Assembly (NCBI RefSeq): GCF_006345805.1
Contig: NC_043006.1
Coordinates: 96,472,001-96,536,000, forward strand
Direction: 5' to 3'
Source of the DNA: Octopus sinensis
Taxonomy: Eukaryota
DNA length: 64,000 bases
The notes under the pieces are model-generated. The model was not told where the DNA came from and did no database searches. It was given only the letters and a program-made list of their open reading frames with translations. Each line of letters begins with the position of its first letter. Position 1 is the first letter of the stretch. Below, piece by piece: positions 26,436 to 40,499 of this stretch. The position numbers were made by a program, and so were the translations under genes.

Positions 26436-27579
26436 TATGTGTCTAGAGTTTACGACGTCGTTTCATTCTGTGAAACACTGATTTTGATTATATGTATCCT
26501 TTATCATGGTCTTATTTCATTTCTTTTTCTTACCCCACGCTCTCAATTTTGATCTATGCCTTGATTCTTTGGTTTCAATCTCTCATGGAGTAAAACAATA
26601 TTGTTTGTTCCATTAACGAAATTCAAACGAGAGGAACAAACCCTGGAAGGAATTTTGTTAGCTTCAGCATCATTCTAAGTTGTTGAAGATTATTATAGCT
26701 AGAACATTATTAACATTATGATTCACAATAAAACCTATATGACTTAATCAATGAATCGATTGGATATATTAAGAACAACCCAAACGCAAAATATTAGAAA
26801 TTTTAGAATCATTTACCGCCTTCTAAAAATCTACATTGTATCCTCTCGTGTACTTTGGTATTCTCTCGTGACAAGATTAAATTCTGAATACACGGTAGTA
26901 TCTTTATGACCGGAGGTAATTGAAAAGAAATGTGTAAATTTAGGTAGAAACATGAAGTAGATTTCGCAATGAATTAGAATTCGTTTACGATTTGATCGTG
27001 TTGTTGAGAACCGTTTCAATAAAGGAACCATGTAAACCGCATTTTGATAAACAAATATATTAAAAGTGAAATTTTCTAAAAACGTTTTCTACTAATTGTA
27101 GATTAATAAACAATTTCGTTATTCTAGTATAAGTTACACAGACGTATAAACATTTCTTAATCACTTTGATCAATTATTACTGAGGTGACGAACTGCAGAA
27201 CTGTTAGAGCGTCGAAGAAAGAAATGCGTTGCGGTATTTTGTTTCGATTTTTGACGTTCTGAGTTCAAAGTACAACGAAGTCAACTTTGCCTTTCTCTAT
27301 CCGGGATCAATAAAATACACTACGAATTAAAATTGCTGGTTTTATGCATAAAGCTAGAAATAATTATAATAATCCCTTCTGCTGTAGTCACAAGGCCTGA
27401 AATTCTAGGGAGAGGGAGATGGCCGATTACATCGACCCTTGTGCTTGACTGGTACTTTTATCATCGACCTCGAAAGGATGAAAGGCAAAGACGACAGTAC
27501 TACAACTACATTTTGCCCGACGCGCTAACGATTCTACCAGCTTAATAATAATAATAATAATAATAAAATAATAATAATA

Positions 27580-27611
<32 letters not shown>

Positions 27612-27652
27612 TAATAATAATAATAATAATAATAATATAGTAGTAGTAGTAA

Positions 27653-27688
<36 letters not shown>

Positions 27689-27695
27689 AATAGTA

Positions 27696-27737
<42 letters not shown>

Positions 27738-27739
27738 TA

Positions 27740-28312
27740 CCCTAATGCAGTATAAATGGCCTGATGCAGTACCAGACAGTGGCTCTCATGGCTTCTGATT
27801 TCAACTGATTGGAAGTGTTATCATGTACATTGATTTGTCTTGGTATAAAAGATAGGCTACAGCAAATATTCTGCTCAATACCAGTTTTGCTTGTCAGTTG
27901 TTTGACCTTAAACAGTTGAGCATGTCCCTTAGGGGCTGATGATATATGCATCTCTAATCACGAGCAGAAGTAGAGGGGGAGCATCATAGCCATGTGTTGA
28001 GAGGGATTCTTTGGGGTTTGAATAATTCCCCTCCGGAAACGTGGGTGTTTCGTTCAACATCCTTAAACAACCCTTATTCGGGGACATTTTGAGCGGGAAG
28101 GGTTACTCTACCAGAAGAAAATTCTTACTGGGCCCCACCTGCAAGGTCATATGCTGTTTATCTTGATACGAGATCATCATGTCGCGCACACATATAGTTG
28201 TGATGCATGTGCCTGGTGTACCTTATCAGACGGGTAGTCATGATGGGTATATTGGGCTTCGTATATTTACCCCAGTGTCACTTTGATGGCATGCACTGCT
28301 CTCTCACTCAAT
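27740..28312 (+). mobile_element. Interspersed repeat family C, longest copy
   Basis: Reverse complement of the other two copies plus ~70 bp extra at the 5' end; (TAA)n on both flanks. Confidence 0.85.
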
Positions 28313-28375
28313 GATAATAATAATAATAATAAGAATAATAATAATATAATAATAATAATAATAATAATAATGATA

Positions 28376-28459
<84 letters not shown>

Positions 28460-28518
28460 TAATAATAATAATAATAATAATGATGATGATGATGATGATA
28501 GTGGTGGTGGTGGTGGTG

Positions 28519-28559
<41 letters not shown>

Positions 28560-28566
28560 CATATCA

Positions 28567-29155
28567 AAGGCGGTGAGCTGGCAGAATCGTTAGAACACTG
28601 GTGAAAATGCTTAGCGGTATTTCGCCCTTCCTTACGTTCTGAGTTCTAGATCCACTGAGGTTCACTTTGCCTTTCATCCTTTCGAGGCCCGTAAAATAAT
28701 TACCAGTCGAATCCTCAGGTCGCTGTAATCGACTATCCCCACCCCATACTTCAGGCTTCGTGCCTATTGTAGAAAGAATTATTACTGTATAGGCGGTGAG
28801 CTGGCACGCCGGGCGCTACGTTCTGAGTTCAAATTCCGCAGAAGTTGACTTTGCCTTTCATCCTTTCGGGGTCGATTAAATAAGTACCAGTTACGCACTG
28901 GGGCCAATGTAATCGACTTAATCCGTTTGTCTGTCCTTGTTTCTCCCCCTCTGTGTTTAGCCCCTTTGTGGGTAGTAAAGAAATAGGTATTTCGTCCGTC
29001 ATTATGTTCTGAGTTCAAATTCCGCCGAAGTCCAAGTTGCTTTTCATCCTTTCGGGGTCGGTAAAACAAGTACCCGTCAAATACTGGAGTCAATGTAATC
29101 GACTAGTCCTCTCTCCTAAAATGTCAGGCCATGTGCCTTTAGTAGAAAGAAGTAT
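28567..29155 (+). mobile_element. Three consecutive SINE family B copies
   Basis: The core gttctgagttcaaattccgc...cctttcggggtcg recurs three times with alternating tails. Confidence 0.8.
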
Positions 29156-29178
29156 TACTATTATTGTTGTTGTTGTTG

Positions 29179-29215
<37 letters not shown>

Positions 29216-29229
29216 TATTATTATTACTA

Positions 29230-29260
<31 letters not shown>

Positions 29261-29293
29261 TATTATTATTACTATTATTATTATTATTATTAC

Positions 29294-29332
<39 letters not shown>

Positions 29333-29590
29333 TATTATTATTACTATTATTATTATTATTATTATTACTATTATTATTATTATTACTATTATATATTACT
29401 ATTATTATTATTATCATTATTATTATTATTATTATTACTATTATTATATATTACTATTATTATTATTACTATTATTATTATTATTATTATCATCATCATC
29501 ATCATTATTATTATTATTATATTATTATTATTATTGTTTTTGCTATTATTATTATTATTATTATTACTATTATTATTATTATTACTACTA

Positions 29591-29621
<31 letters not shown>

Positions 29622-29645
29622 TGTTATTATTATTATTATTATTAT
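29155..29645. repeat. (TTA)n/(CTA)n microsatellite
   Basis: Directly visible. Confidence 0.95.
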
Positions 29646-29839
29646 TAAGGGGGCTACATTGTTCAATGCGTTTTTCCTGTTTTAAGATAATAGAGCGTGA
29701 TTTGAAGGGCAATTCACTAATATTTCTAACAGATTTAATGGTCGTGTATATCCTCCTCAGTCGCTGATATTTGTAGAATAGTAGTAGTTGTAGTAGTGAT
29801 ATTAGTAGTAATCATTGTAGTAGAAGCAGCAGTAGGGGT

Positions 29840-30035
29840 GGAGACGCAATGGCCCAGTGGTTAGGGCAGCGGACTCGCGGTCGTAAGAACGCGGTTTCGA
29901 TTCCCAGACTGGGCATTGTGAGTGTTTATTGAGCAAAAACACCTGGGCTCCACGAGGCTCCGGCGGGATGGGGGATGAACCCCGCTATACTCTTTCACCA
30001 CAACTTTCTCTCACTTTTTCTTCCTATTTCTGCCA
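29840..30035 (+). mobile_element. SINE family E with tRNA-Arg(UCG)-like head
   Basis: ggcccagtggttagggcagcggacTCGcggtcg...gtttcgattccc, followed by non-tRNA body; no complete acceptor stem. Confidence 0.75.
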
Positions 30036-30752
30036 CAAAGCAGAGGAACCATGGTGTAACCCACTATGGTGTGGTAAAACTTTCAGTCCCTAGTCTAGAT
30101 TGCGAATCCTCTGTACCCCAGGATGTTTCAGCTCTCCACCCGTTAAAAGCCACCGTTTACGGAATGAGGATGACAACGTAGCTTTCGCGTCCGTGCAACC
30201 ACCAGTCTACCGCGTGTGGTGGGTGGATCTTCAAGTTGCCACACGCATTCTTAGTAGCTTAGAGTAGGCTCGAATTAGAGATTATTATTTGTGGCTAATG
30301 GCGTGAGTCCTGATTGGAAGAAGAAGAAGAAGTAGCAGCAGTACATGATGTGGTAGTAGTAGTAGTGGTAGCAGTAGTAGCATCCCAGTAGCAGCATTAG
30401 TAGTTGATAGTAGTTGTATAATAGTTATTTAGTTTTCATATACAGTCACTGTTGTTGTTGTTGTTGTTGTTACCTCACCAGTAAGACCAATACAAAGAGT
30501 TGTAAAATAAAAATACAAAATAATAATGAAAAAAATAAAAACAAGGAATATAACAAAATGCAAGATTACCATTTTATGCTGCGAAGTGTTGTGCTGTGCT
30601 GGACAGATGGCTTAGTTTAATGTTTTTGTTGCAGCGGTTTCTATTCTGTTAATCCAGGGTTAGGAGACCTGGCTGGTTATCTTGTGTTCGGTTGGAACTT
30701 AACAAAAGACGACGGCGGTAATAACAGCAACAACAACAACAGCAGCAGCAGT

Positions 30753-30785
<33 letters not shown>

Positions 30786-31079
30786 ACTATCAATAGCAAC
30801 AGCATCTGCAACGACAACAATAATAGTAAGAGCAAAAGAAAAATGAGAGCGATTCAATGAAAGCGAGTCGATGTGGCAACTCGACTTGCTAGAAATAGCA
30901 ACGAAAACTCTCTGAATTCGTATTTTAATGTCTTATAAATAAGGATATATTGGATTGTATCATCCCTAAGCATATGTTAGCTCATTCAGAATGACCCGGG
31001 GCTAATCCACAGCCACAACAACTGCAACAGCAACATCAACATCAACAAAAATGACGACAAGAACAGAAATGCTAATAAT

Positions 31080-31529
31080 GGTTTCAAAGTTTTGCACAAA
31101 ATCAAAAAGTCTGGGAGAGGGGCTAAGTGGACTAAATCGACCCCGGTGATTAGCTGGTATTTAATTTATCGACCCCAAAAGGATGAAAGGCAAATTGACC
31201 TCAGCCGAATTTGAACTCAGAACGTAAAGACAGACGAGATGCCATTAAGCATTTTACCTGGCGCGCTAACGCTTCTGCCAGCTCGCCGCCATCGCCTCAA
31301 CGATACTATACTTTTTCTTTTGTCTTTTTACTTGTTTCAGTCATTTGACTGTGACCATGCTGGAGCACTGCTTTTAGTCGAGCAAATCGATCCCAACACT
31401 TATTCTTTGGAAGCCTAGTACTTATTCTATCGGTATATTTGAGGAACCGCTAAGTTACAGGGATTTAAACACACTAGCATCGGTTGTCAAGCGATGTTGG
31501 GTGGGGGACAAACACAGACACACAAACAT

Positions 31530-31590
<61 letters not shown>

Positions 31591-31990
31591 CATATATACG
31601 ACGGGCTTCTTTCAGTTTCCGTCTACCAAATCCACTCACAAGGCTTTGGTTGGCCCGAGGCTATAGTAGACTACACTTGCTCAAGGTGCCCCGCAATGGT
31701 TCTGAACCCGGAACCATGTTGTTGGTAAGCAAGCTACTTACCACACAGCCACTCCTACGCGTATTGCTGATAATATTCTTTTCTACTCTAGGCACAAGGC
31801 CCAAAATTTATGGGTAGGGGCCCAGTCAATTAGATCGATCCCAGTACGTAACTGGTACTTAATTTATCGACCCCGAAAGGATGGAAGGCAAAGTCGGTCT
31901 TGGCGGAATTTGAACTCAGAATGTAAAGAATGACGAAATGCCACTAAGCATTTTACCCGGCGTGTTAAAGCTTCTGCCAGCTCGCTGCCT
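31080..31990 (-). mobile_element. SINE cluster B-A-B
   Basis: Reverse complements of family B (~31080-31290, ~31770-31990) and family A (~31320-31760). Confidence 0.8.
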
Positions 31991-33763
31991 TCGCCTCAAG
32001 GATACTATATTATAAACATTTCGAACGGGAATTTGGCAGCGCCACCTCTAGCCGAACAATTATTCTGATGAACAGAAATAACCTAGAAACCGCGATACAC
32101 ATATTGTTTTGAGCTGAGTTGGGGTGCTAAATTCCCTTGTTTTAAAATATAAGGACACAGATCGTGTCGTTATAGCCAGCTGGAGACGATATCTCCTGTG
32201 GTTAAATTACAACAACATTAGTCCTAAACCAGGACTGCCATGTTATGGTGGCAAACAATCTTTACTACATTGCTAATATTAGCAATGCTAATGTCTTTAC
32301 GTTCTGAGTTCAAATTTTGCCAGGATCGACTTTTATCGTTTCGGGGTCGATAAGATAAGGACCAATTGAGCAGTAGGGTCGATGTAATCGAATTACTCCT
32401 CCCCCGAACTTGCTGTCCTTGTGCCAAAATTTGAAATCAATATTATCGAAGGCAGGCGTCGAGCTGGCCGAATGGTTAGCGGACCGGAAAAATGCTTAGC
32501 AGCATTTCGTTCATCTTTACGTTCTGAGTTCAAATGCCGCCGAGATCGACTTAAACCGTTCATCCTTTCGGGGCCGACGAAATAAGCACCACTTGGGCAC
32601 TGACCTTGTACCAAAATTTGAAACCAATATCATGCACGAGGGAGCTCTCTTTGGTCTCACCTTTAAATAATATTGACCCTGATATGCAAAACGGATTGGA
32701 TGGTCATGTGTTGAAAGCCTTTCTGTATATCTCTGTCTGATCTGGGGCTAAACATCAACAACATCAATATCAACCACATCATCAATGAGACAACGAGCGA
32801 AATCCATGTGGTCGATCCCTCTGCTAGAAAAGACAACCAAATCTAAAATTACAGATAACTCATAAGAAGGACACTTTGAACAATATAGTCACTGATATAC
32901 AAAGAAAGATGAGATGGCCAGGTCTGGAATGTCTTTGGGCATATGTCTACCACTCCATTGAGGATTGAGGCTAAACAGTAAGAAATATTATCAACATATA
33001 TATTATCAAAGAACCAGCACTCGACCTGCTAAAAGTGGTAGCCAAGTCTTCCTCATATAACACGCTCAATGTCTTAGGGAAAGGACACAATGGGTAGCAC
33101 AATGCTTGACACATTCTGTCGGGAAAAACTGTACTCGAAATGAGGAAACAAGAATCATTATCGCAAAGATTAACTGCAGACAGGAATTGAAATTAATTAC
33201 AACTAATTAAAATTAATCAAAATTAATATTGTAGGTGTCAATCTGATTAATTGAAGAATGCTGAATAATAAATTAATTAAAGAATACAAAATAAATGAAT
33301 TAGTGTATAGTGGTGAAATGAATCTAATCTATTCACAGTAATGTGACAACTTTAGTGACTTTGGATATTTGATGAAGCTTAATAAGAGCGAAATATGTCT
33401 GGAGTTATCACTATATTGATGCCGATCAGGGTCTTTCCCTTAGAGTAGCCTCCTCTGCTTCGAGGAAACAAATAATTCTACGAGAAATGTCTTTTGAACA
33501 CATCAAACCCATTTAGCTAACTATGACATATTGTTCGAATCTAGGATTTTACATGAAATTACTTAGTGTCTTATTGTCATGATCCTTATTATTATCAGTA
33601 ATGTCTAAACATAGTGAAAGGGAATATCCTTACCCCTATAGCATTCGATCATAAGGTCAAATATCTGACATGGCATGTTTGATACTTGAGCGAAGCATTT
33701 TATTTCACATTGCTCTAGTCTACTCAATTGCAATGGTTACGCAGTTGTTATTTGTGCCGCCTC

Positions 33764-33804
<41 letters not shown>

Positions 33805-34104
33805 CCTCTCTCTCTCTCTGTCTCTCTCTCTCTGTCTCTCTCTCTCTTCAACTGTTCATCGTCTATGACCCGCTGGGTCAAAATCAAGGAAACTGAGTGG
33901 GTGTCTATGACAGTTCGTGATGCGTCATAGGCACCTAAAATATTTAGTAAAACCGTGGTATGTGTTACTGTGACATACTCCTCACGTTTGATGGTTAGTT
34001 GTACTTTTGTACAAAGCCACTTAGATCGACTAATCGTTCCACGTTACTAGGGTAAGTAACCTTGTACCAGGTGAAGAAATTTAAAAAGCATAAATATATA
34101 CAGG

Positions 34105-34500
34105 AATGGCTGTGTGGTAAGAAGCTTGCTTCCAAACCACATGGTTCCGGGTGGCACATCGGGTGAGAATCTTCTACTATAGCCTCGAATCGACCAAAAC
34201 CTTTTGAGTGGATTTGGTAGATCGAAACTGAAAGATGCCCGTCGTATGTATGTATGTATATATATATATATATATTATATATATTATATATACATATATA
34301 TGTTGGTGTGTGTGGCGTATTTGTGTGTCAGTCTTAGTCCCCCACCATTGCCTGACAACCGATACGGGTGTGTTTACGTACCTGTAACTTAGCGGTTCGG
34401 CAAAAGTGATCGACAGAATAAGTACTAGGCTTACAAAGAATAAGCCCTGCTCCAGCATGACAGCAGTCAAATTACTGAAACAAGTAAAAGTATAAAAATA
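34105..34500 (+). mobile_element. SINE family A
   Basis: Head and tail match with small deletions. Confidence 0.8.
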
Positions 34501-34950
34501 ACATCTGTTAAATTGTCAGATAAACAAACGAAGTATTTCTCCGTCTTTAGTTATTTCTTGTTTCTTGATGTTGATATTTTATTCACAGTTTTCCAAGAAC
34601 ATAGACTAGAGAAAGGTGTTAACCTGATTTGGTCAGAAACCAATGAATGATATTAGGGTCTGATTCCGTTCTGCCGAGAAATGCATAAAATGTTAACAGT
34701 GTGTTCTTTTGGCAGTGGATATGAGGCACTGGAATGTTGAAATGTATTTAAAGTGACTGGTAAAAAATAAATAAAACTATTGCGCGTTTAGCTTTACCCT
34801 TCAATCATAAATATATATTGATGTTTACTAATAAAGGAAAATGAAAATAATTTCTTTTACATGAAATCTTGGAAAAACCAATATATATATATATAGTAAG
34901 AATTTACAAAAAAACAAATATTCTGTTGTTTCTGGGGAACGATGTATATA

Positions 34951-35043
<93 letters not shown>

Positions 35044-35145
35044 TCATATAAGGGTAGCAAAAGATTCAAGAGAAATTCAAGAAAAATTTTCTGCAACCAG
35101 CGGTGAAGTGAGAAAATAGAATAGTCACAGACTATATAATATATT

Positions 35146-35341
35146 CAACAATAGTATTAAGGAATGACCCTGACAGGTCATTCAACTCACTTGAAAGAGC
35201 AGCTAAACTCAAACCGCAAAAATAGTAGTAATTCTGCTCCTTTAGTTTTCAGAATTACTACTATTTTTGCGGTTTGAGTTTAGCTGCTCGTTTCAAGTGA
35301 GTTGAACGACCTGTCAGGGTCATTCCTTAATACTATTGTTG
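35146..35341. repeat. Near-perfect inverted repeat, 91/92-bp arms, 13-bp spacer
   Basis: Arms 35146-35236 and 35250-35341 differ by one substitution and one 1-bp indel. Confidence 0.95.
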
Positions 35342-35589
35342 TATATATATATATATATATATATATATGCATATATATATATATAAGTATAAATGAATGT
35401 CCGTATTTTTCCCTTGTTTACAATTAACACAGAAAAAATAAATAAACAGTTACCAGGGCAGCAAAAAATCACACAAGTAATAAGGACGTAACACCCTGTT
35501 TGTAAACTCTGGGTTGATGTGAAATATTTTGTATAATATATATAAATAAATAAGTAGAGTTAAACGCAGGTGTTATTGAAGTTCTTTTA

Positions 35590-35676
35590 TTTCCGACATA
35601 TGTTTCGAAGATAATATTGGTATTATTCCAAAGGAATAAAATGGTGTAAAACAAGGTAGGCTTCTCATCAGGGAAA
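35590..35676 (-). ncRNA. Minimal type I hammerhead ribozyme (PLE-type)
   Basis: Minus strand reads UUUCC CUGAUGA GAAG-(loop)-CUUC GAAAC AUAU GUC GGAAA, so stems I, II and III all pair. Predicted cleavage between 35595 and 35594. Confidence 0.8.
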
Positions 35677-35708
35677 GAAAGAAAGAAACCAAACTCATGA
35701 ATAACACA

Positions 35709-36218
35709 TCTATATATATAAAACTGTAGTTGTGTGAGTGTCTGTCCCCTTCGATTTAGATTCCTAACTACTCCCACATTTTGCGGTGCAGTTTAACCAA
35801 ATTCGGGTATCGTATATTCGTGATTCATATCGCGCCCGTCTGCGTATTAGCGCGCGTCTACGATGAGTCTACGATTTAAAAAAAAATTTTACATATTTTT
35901 TATTCCATTTTAATGCATAATTTTTCGTGTGTCGATGGCGGCGGAGTTGGCGTCCATGGTCACACCCTGCACCTGTTTGCTTCTCCCCCTTCTTCCCTCC
36001 CTCGTGAAGCTTGGGGAAGGAAGTGTAAGGAAATCAACGTCGTAAAGCGTTGTCAGGAGACCAGCGTTCTTTTAGAATAACGACTTCATGGCTTGAAGAC
36101 ACCAAACAGAAATGGCTAAGAAAGCCCGAATTGGCATCTATAAGGGAAGTAACTCTCTAAAAATGCTTATATAGTTATTTCCCTTACAAACCCGAGCAAC
36201 GCCGGGCGATACTGCTAG
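35709..36218 (+). mobile_element. Non-autonomous Helitron
   Basis: 5' TC (tctatatatataaaactg), 3' hairpin cccgagcaacgccggg then CTAG, A|T target, no TSD. Confidence 0.85.
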
Positions 36219-36679
36219 TTTTATCTAAAGTACCAAGCATTAATAAAGTCTGTGAAAAATAGAAAATATGTGTCATCGTTTCAATCAAAGTGTAACTTGT
36301 TTCAAAACAATGCAACGAAATATTTATTTGACAGTTCCTGTCGCAAGTGCAACTCCCGTAAAAGCTGAAGTTGTAGTAGAGAGAAAAATGTACCGCGGAG
36401 AGAATAAAATTTATTTTTCAGCATCAACGGACAAATCGAAAAATGATCATTGGCGGACTAGATCAAGCAGTATCTAAACAGAACATTCAGAGTTTGATTA
36501 GAAAGAATCGGCGAGATCACAGTCGCCCTTCTATGTCAGCAAACGATTCTAAATTGATAGTGTTTTCAATAAGCAGTGAAACAAGCAGTTTCAAGAATCA
36601 AAAATTGGTTTACACTTAATTCTATTTTAATGTGTGCGTAATCTAGACCTTATGTAACATATATTCGGTGATCTAGTAT

Positions 36680-37110
36680 TCTTTTCTACTCTAGGCACAA
36701 GGCCCGAAATTTGGAGGATGGAGCCAGTCTATTAGATCGACAACAGTACGCAACTGGTACTTAATTTATCGACCCCGAAAGGATGAAAAGCAAAGTCAAT
36801 CTCGGCGGAATTTAAACTCAGAGCATAAAGACAGACGAAATACCGTTTAGCATTTCGCCCGGCGTGCTAACGTTTCTTATTTGCTTACTGTCCATAAGGG
36901 GCTACACACAAAGGGGACAAACAAAGGGAGACAAACGGATTAAGTCAATTATATCGACCCCAGTGCGTAACTGTTACTTAATTTATCGACCCCGAAAGGA
37001 TGAAAGGCAAAGTCGACCCCGGCAGAATTTGAACTCAGAACGTAAAGACAGACGAAATGCCTCTAAGCATTTCGCCCGGCGTGCTAACTCTTCTGCCAGC
37101 TCGCCGCTTA
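36680..37110 (-). mobile_element. Two adjacent SINE family B copies
   Basis: Reverse complement of the family B core, twice. Confidence 0.8.
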
Positions 37111-38691
37111 TTAGGTGATCTAGTATTAAAAATGATAAAGAAAACAAAGTCGCAAAGTCTATTTACTTTACATAATTTCGAAATTTCAAGTGCGTTGCAG
37201 AGTCTGAAGATATAAATTTTAGAGCTTGCAATTTTAACACTTTTGTTTTTAAAGGATTTTGCAATATAAAATTAATTCGTAACAATGAAAGTAAAAAATG
37301 AAACGAGGAAGAACAAACGTGTTATAAATTGATTTTTCGCTCATTATTCAAAATGGGCTGCGGAGCTTGAAAATGTAAATTTAATAACTTCAGATTTTAA
37401 TTCAGTTGTTTTTAAAGGATTTTGTGATAAAAAAAATATTCTAGAAAACATATTTCGAAAATCTGTGTAAAAAGTACTTTTTCTCGCTCCACTCTATACT
37501 GAAACTCATAGGTCTGTTTGGGTAGTCGTTGCTGGTGGCGGTTTTTTACGAGGTCGGAGTACAAATCCTATCACAATTTCTTTTAGTCATCTTTCACGAC
37601 ACTGAGGAAAGGTTGAGTAATTCTTTGACACGTCAATCCCCACATGACATACCCGTTAGAATGTAACATAAATTAGCTAATAGTTTTCGAATGTTGTGCA
37701 GTACCGAGCAGTCATAGACACATACTCTCTATTCTCCCACCATTCATCCAGCAGAATATCGTGGATGTAACAGCTGCTAAGAGACGAGACTGTACCAGTG
37801 TTCGACCGGTACTCATGTCCAGCTGACTCGACTGCAGCAACGTGAAATAAAATGCCTTGCCGAAGGACTAAAAGCATCGCCCAGTGCAGGAATCGAACTC
37901 ATTCGCTCGTGAACATGACTCTAACACCCTACCATTTAGGTAAGGCACCTTTTTCGGTGGATCTAGAATTACAGAATTCCCTTTACAGCATCAAAAAAGT
38001 AATAGCTAGAAGTACCACGTGACTTTAAAGTTAAATATCTCATTTGATAATGCAGAAAGAATAAGAAAACACACTTAGGACAAAACGGTTTTCCTCAGAA
38101 TCTTATATTTTCTTGATGGGTGCAAAACACGGGTGTTGTGTACCTTAAACATTAGGCGACAGGGTGACGGGATCTCAGAGACTTTGGAAACCAATGTCAA
38201 ATAGGCAAGTCTGATGACTCAATGAATTATTGTTTTATTATTCTCTTTTGATATTTTTACTTTAGTCGTGTGTCAAAAGGTTATCTCCAACGTTGCAACC
38301 CTGCTTATGCACAAACAGCTAAATTCAGGAGCGTTTTGAAATCAGCCAGAATTGGTCATCGACACAAATGGTGCAGCAACAGGTCAAACCGGGCCAGATT
38401 TATTCATGCTGTTTTGTGCACGGACTTATTGTTATTATAATAATAACAATTCATGCTATATATTTGTTCTGATTTACATAACTATATTTAACTTTCATTT
38501 CCTCTGAATTATTGGCTTAAATAGTGTCCAAATATATTTTATTTATGAGAATGGTTATAACATTAGTATACTTGCTTTTGTTGTTGTTATTATATTATTA
38601 TTATTACTACTACTACTACTACTATATTATTATTATTATTATTATTATTATTTATTATTATTATTATTATATTATTATAACCTTATTATTA

Positions 38692-38736
<45 letters not shown>

Positions 38737-38796
38737 TATTATTATTATTTTATTATATTATTATAACCATTATTATTATTATTATTATCATTATTA

Positions 38797-38829
<33 letters not shown>

Positions 38830-39074
38830 GTTATTATTATTATTATATATTATTATTATTATTATTACTATCATTTCTATTATTTTTGATGATGTTGCTG
38901 TTAATGATGCTGCTTGCATACACGTACAAACGCGGGACATTCAAATATATTTTTCCATTAATTTATTGTTATACTGTGTAAATTTAAAAATATTCCATCT
39001 TATATACATATAGATTTACATATAGATACATACATAAATACATATTTGTGCGTGTGTGTACATATATACATATA

Positions 39075-39154
<80 letters not shown>

Positions 39155-39158
39155 ATAT

Positions 39159-39189
<31 letters not shown>

Positions 39190-39223
39190 GTATATACATG
39201 CATGTATATATATATATATATAT

Positions 39224-39279
<56 letters not shown>

Positions 39280-39419
39280 TAGAAGAAATGAGGTAATCAG
39301 AAGATCGGATGATTTATATTTACAGATATTTATTTATATATTACATTTTTTATATATATATCATATCACTTAGATCATTACCGCTTTTTTCCATTCTAGT
39401 GGGGTTTTCAAATCAAACT

Positions 39420-39860
39420 GTATATGCGTATGCATATGTTGTACAATTTATATATATATATATATATATCAAAAGAGATTTACGGAAGAATGTTACGATC
39501 GAGAAGGTGAATCACAATGACCTTTTTGTATTCACAGTTTGTGACAGACCATGCCTTTCTTTTGCTGGGCTCAAATCTCATTTGCGAACCTGTGGAAAAC
39601 GAACCTACACCATCTATTCTCTCTCTATGTTTGTGCACACCTTTCAATGCAATGTATGCCAGGAGGTTAGCAAATCTAACGGAGGCCTCAAAAGATAATT
39701 TAAGATCAACAAAGATCAGAATTTACCTGCACCTCTTGGTTGTCCAAATCGGATGTTGCAATCTATGTGGGTGTCTTTTCAGAACATTGTCTAGTTTAAA
39801 AAAAACATCAGAGGCTATGATGGTTCTAAGGTGTAGGTACAGGTGGTGGTCAAACTCTGC
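39420..39860 (+). pseudogene. Decayed zinc-finger-coding remnant, probably the C-terminus of an RTE-like LINE
   Basis: CxxC...LKxH units: VCDRPCLSFAGLKSHLRTC, CNVCQEVSKSNGGLKR and CNLCGCLFRTLSSLKK, spread over shifted frames. Confidence 0.5.
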
Positions 39861-40499
39861 ATAAACTATATCTAGATATATACGTAGCATAACAAATATT
39901 ATCGAATATAGAACTAAATAAAGTGTGTAGTGTGAAGAGATATATTACTTAGATCATATGTTTCTCGAATTTTCCCAACATAGGGAGAAAAACAGAGTTT
40001 TAGTGTCCATAAGTTAAGATTGATTTAAGAGGTGTTTGTGTGAAAGGCGTGGTTGGTATAATTGTAAATCCTAATTTAAAATAGAGGGAATCTAATACGC
40101 ATTGGTTGTTGCCTGGCGAGTATTTGTATGGAAAGGGACAAACCTACATTCTTGTAATTGTATAGTTGTGTACAGGAGCTTAATTCAATATTTTAAGGAC
40201 GAAGGTGAATTGAACAGGAACCTAAATGGTTAGATAATTATTTTCTAATGGTATAAAAGGTTTTCGGATGATCGATATAGATGAATGGAAATAGGAAAAC
40301 GGACCAAAAGAGAAAAAGATTGAAAAATATAACCAATCTTGCATCATGTTGTTACCATGTCTACCAAATGTCTGCACTTTTTGCAAGTTTACTTTCACAT
40401 AGCACAAAATTAATTCCGCAGAACTTCACAAAAACCTACCTGTTTTTCATTGTTCAGATAATCTTCATCAGCAGAACTTCTTCATGAATACTTGCTTGA

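Noticed and set aside
29037-29767. Poly-Ile/Leu/Tyr/Asn ORFs (and similar YI-, CV- and HT-repeat ORFs throughout)
   Set aside because: They are microsatellite translations.
29840-29910. Functional tRNA genes at SINE heads
   Set aside because: A/B boxes and an anticodon-like arm are present, but there is no complete acceptor stem and each runs into a SINE body.
38185-38230. GAAAC-caat-GTC...CTGATGA as a type II hammerhead
   Set aside because: Stems I and II do not pair beyond one base pair.
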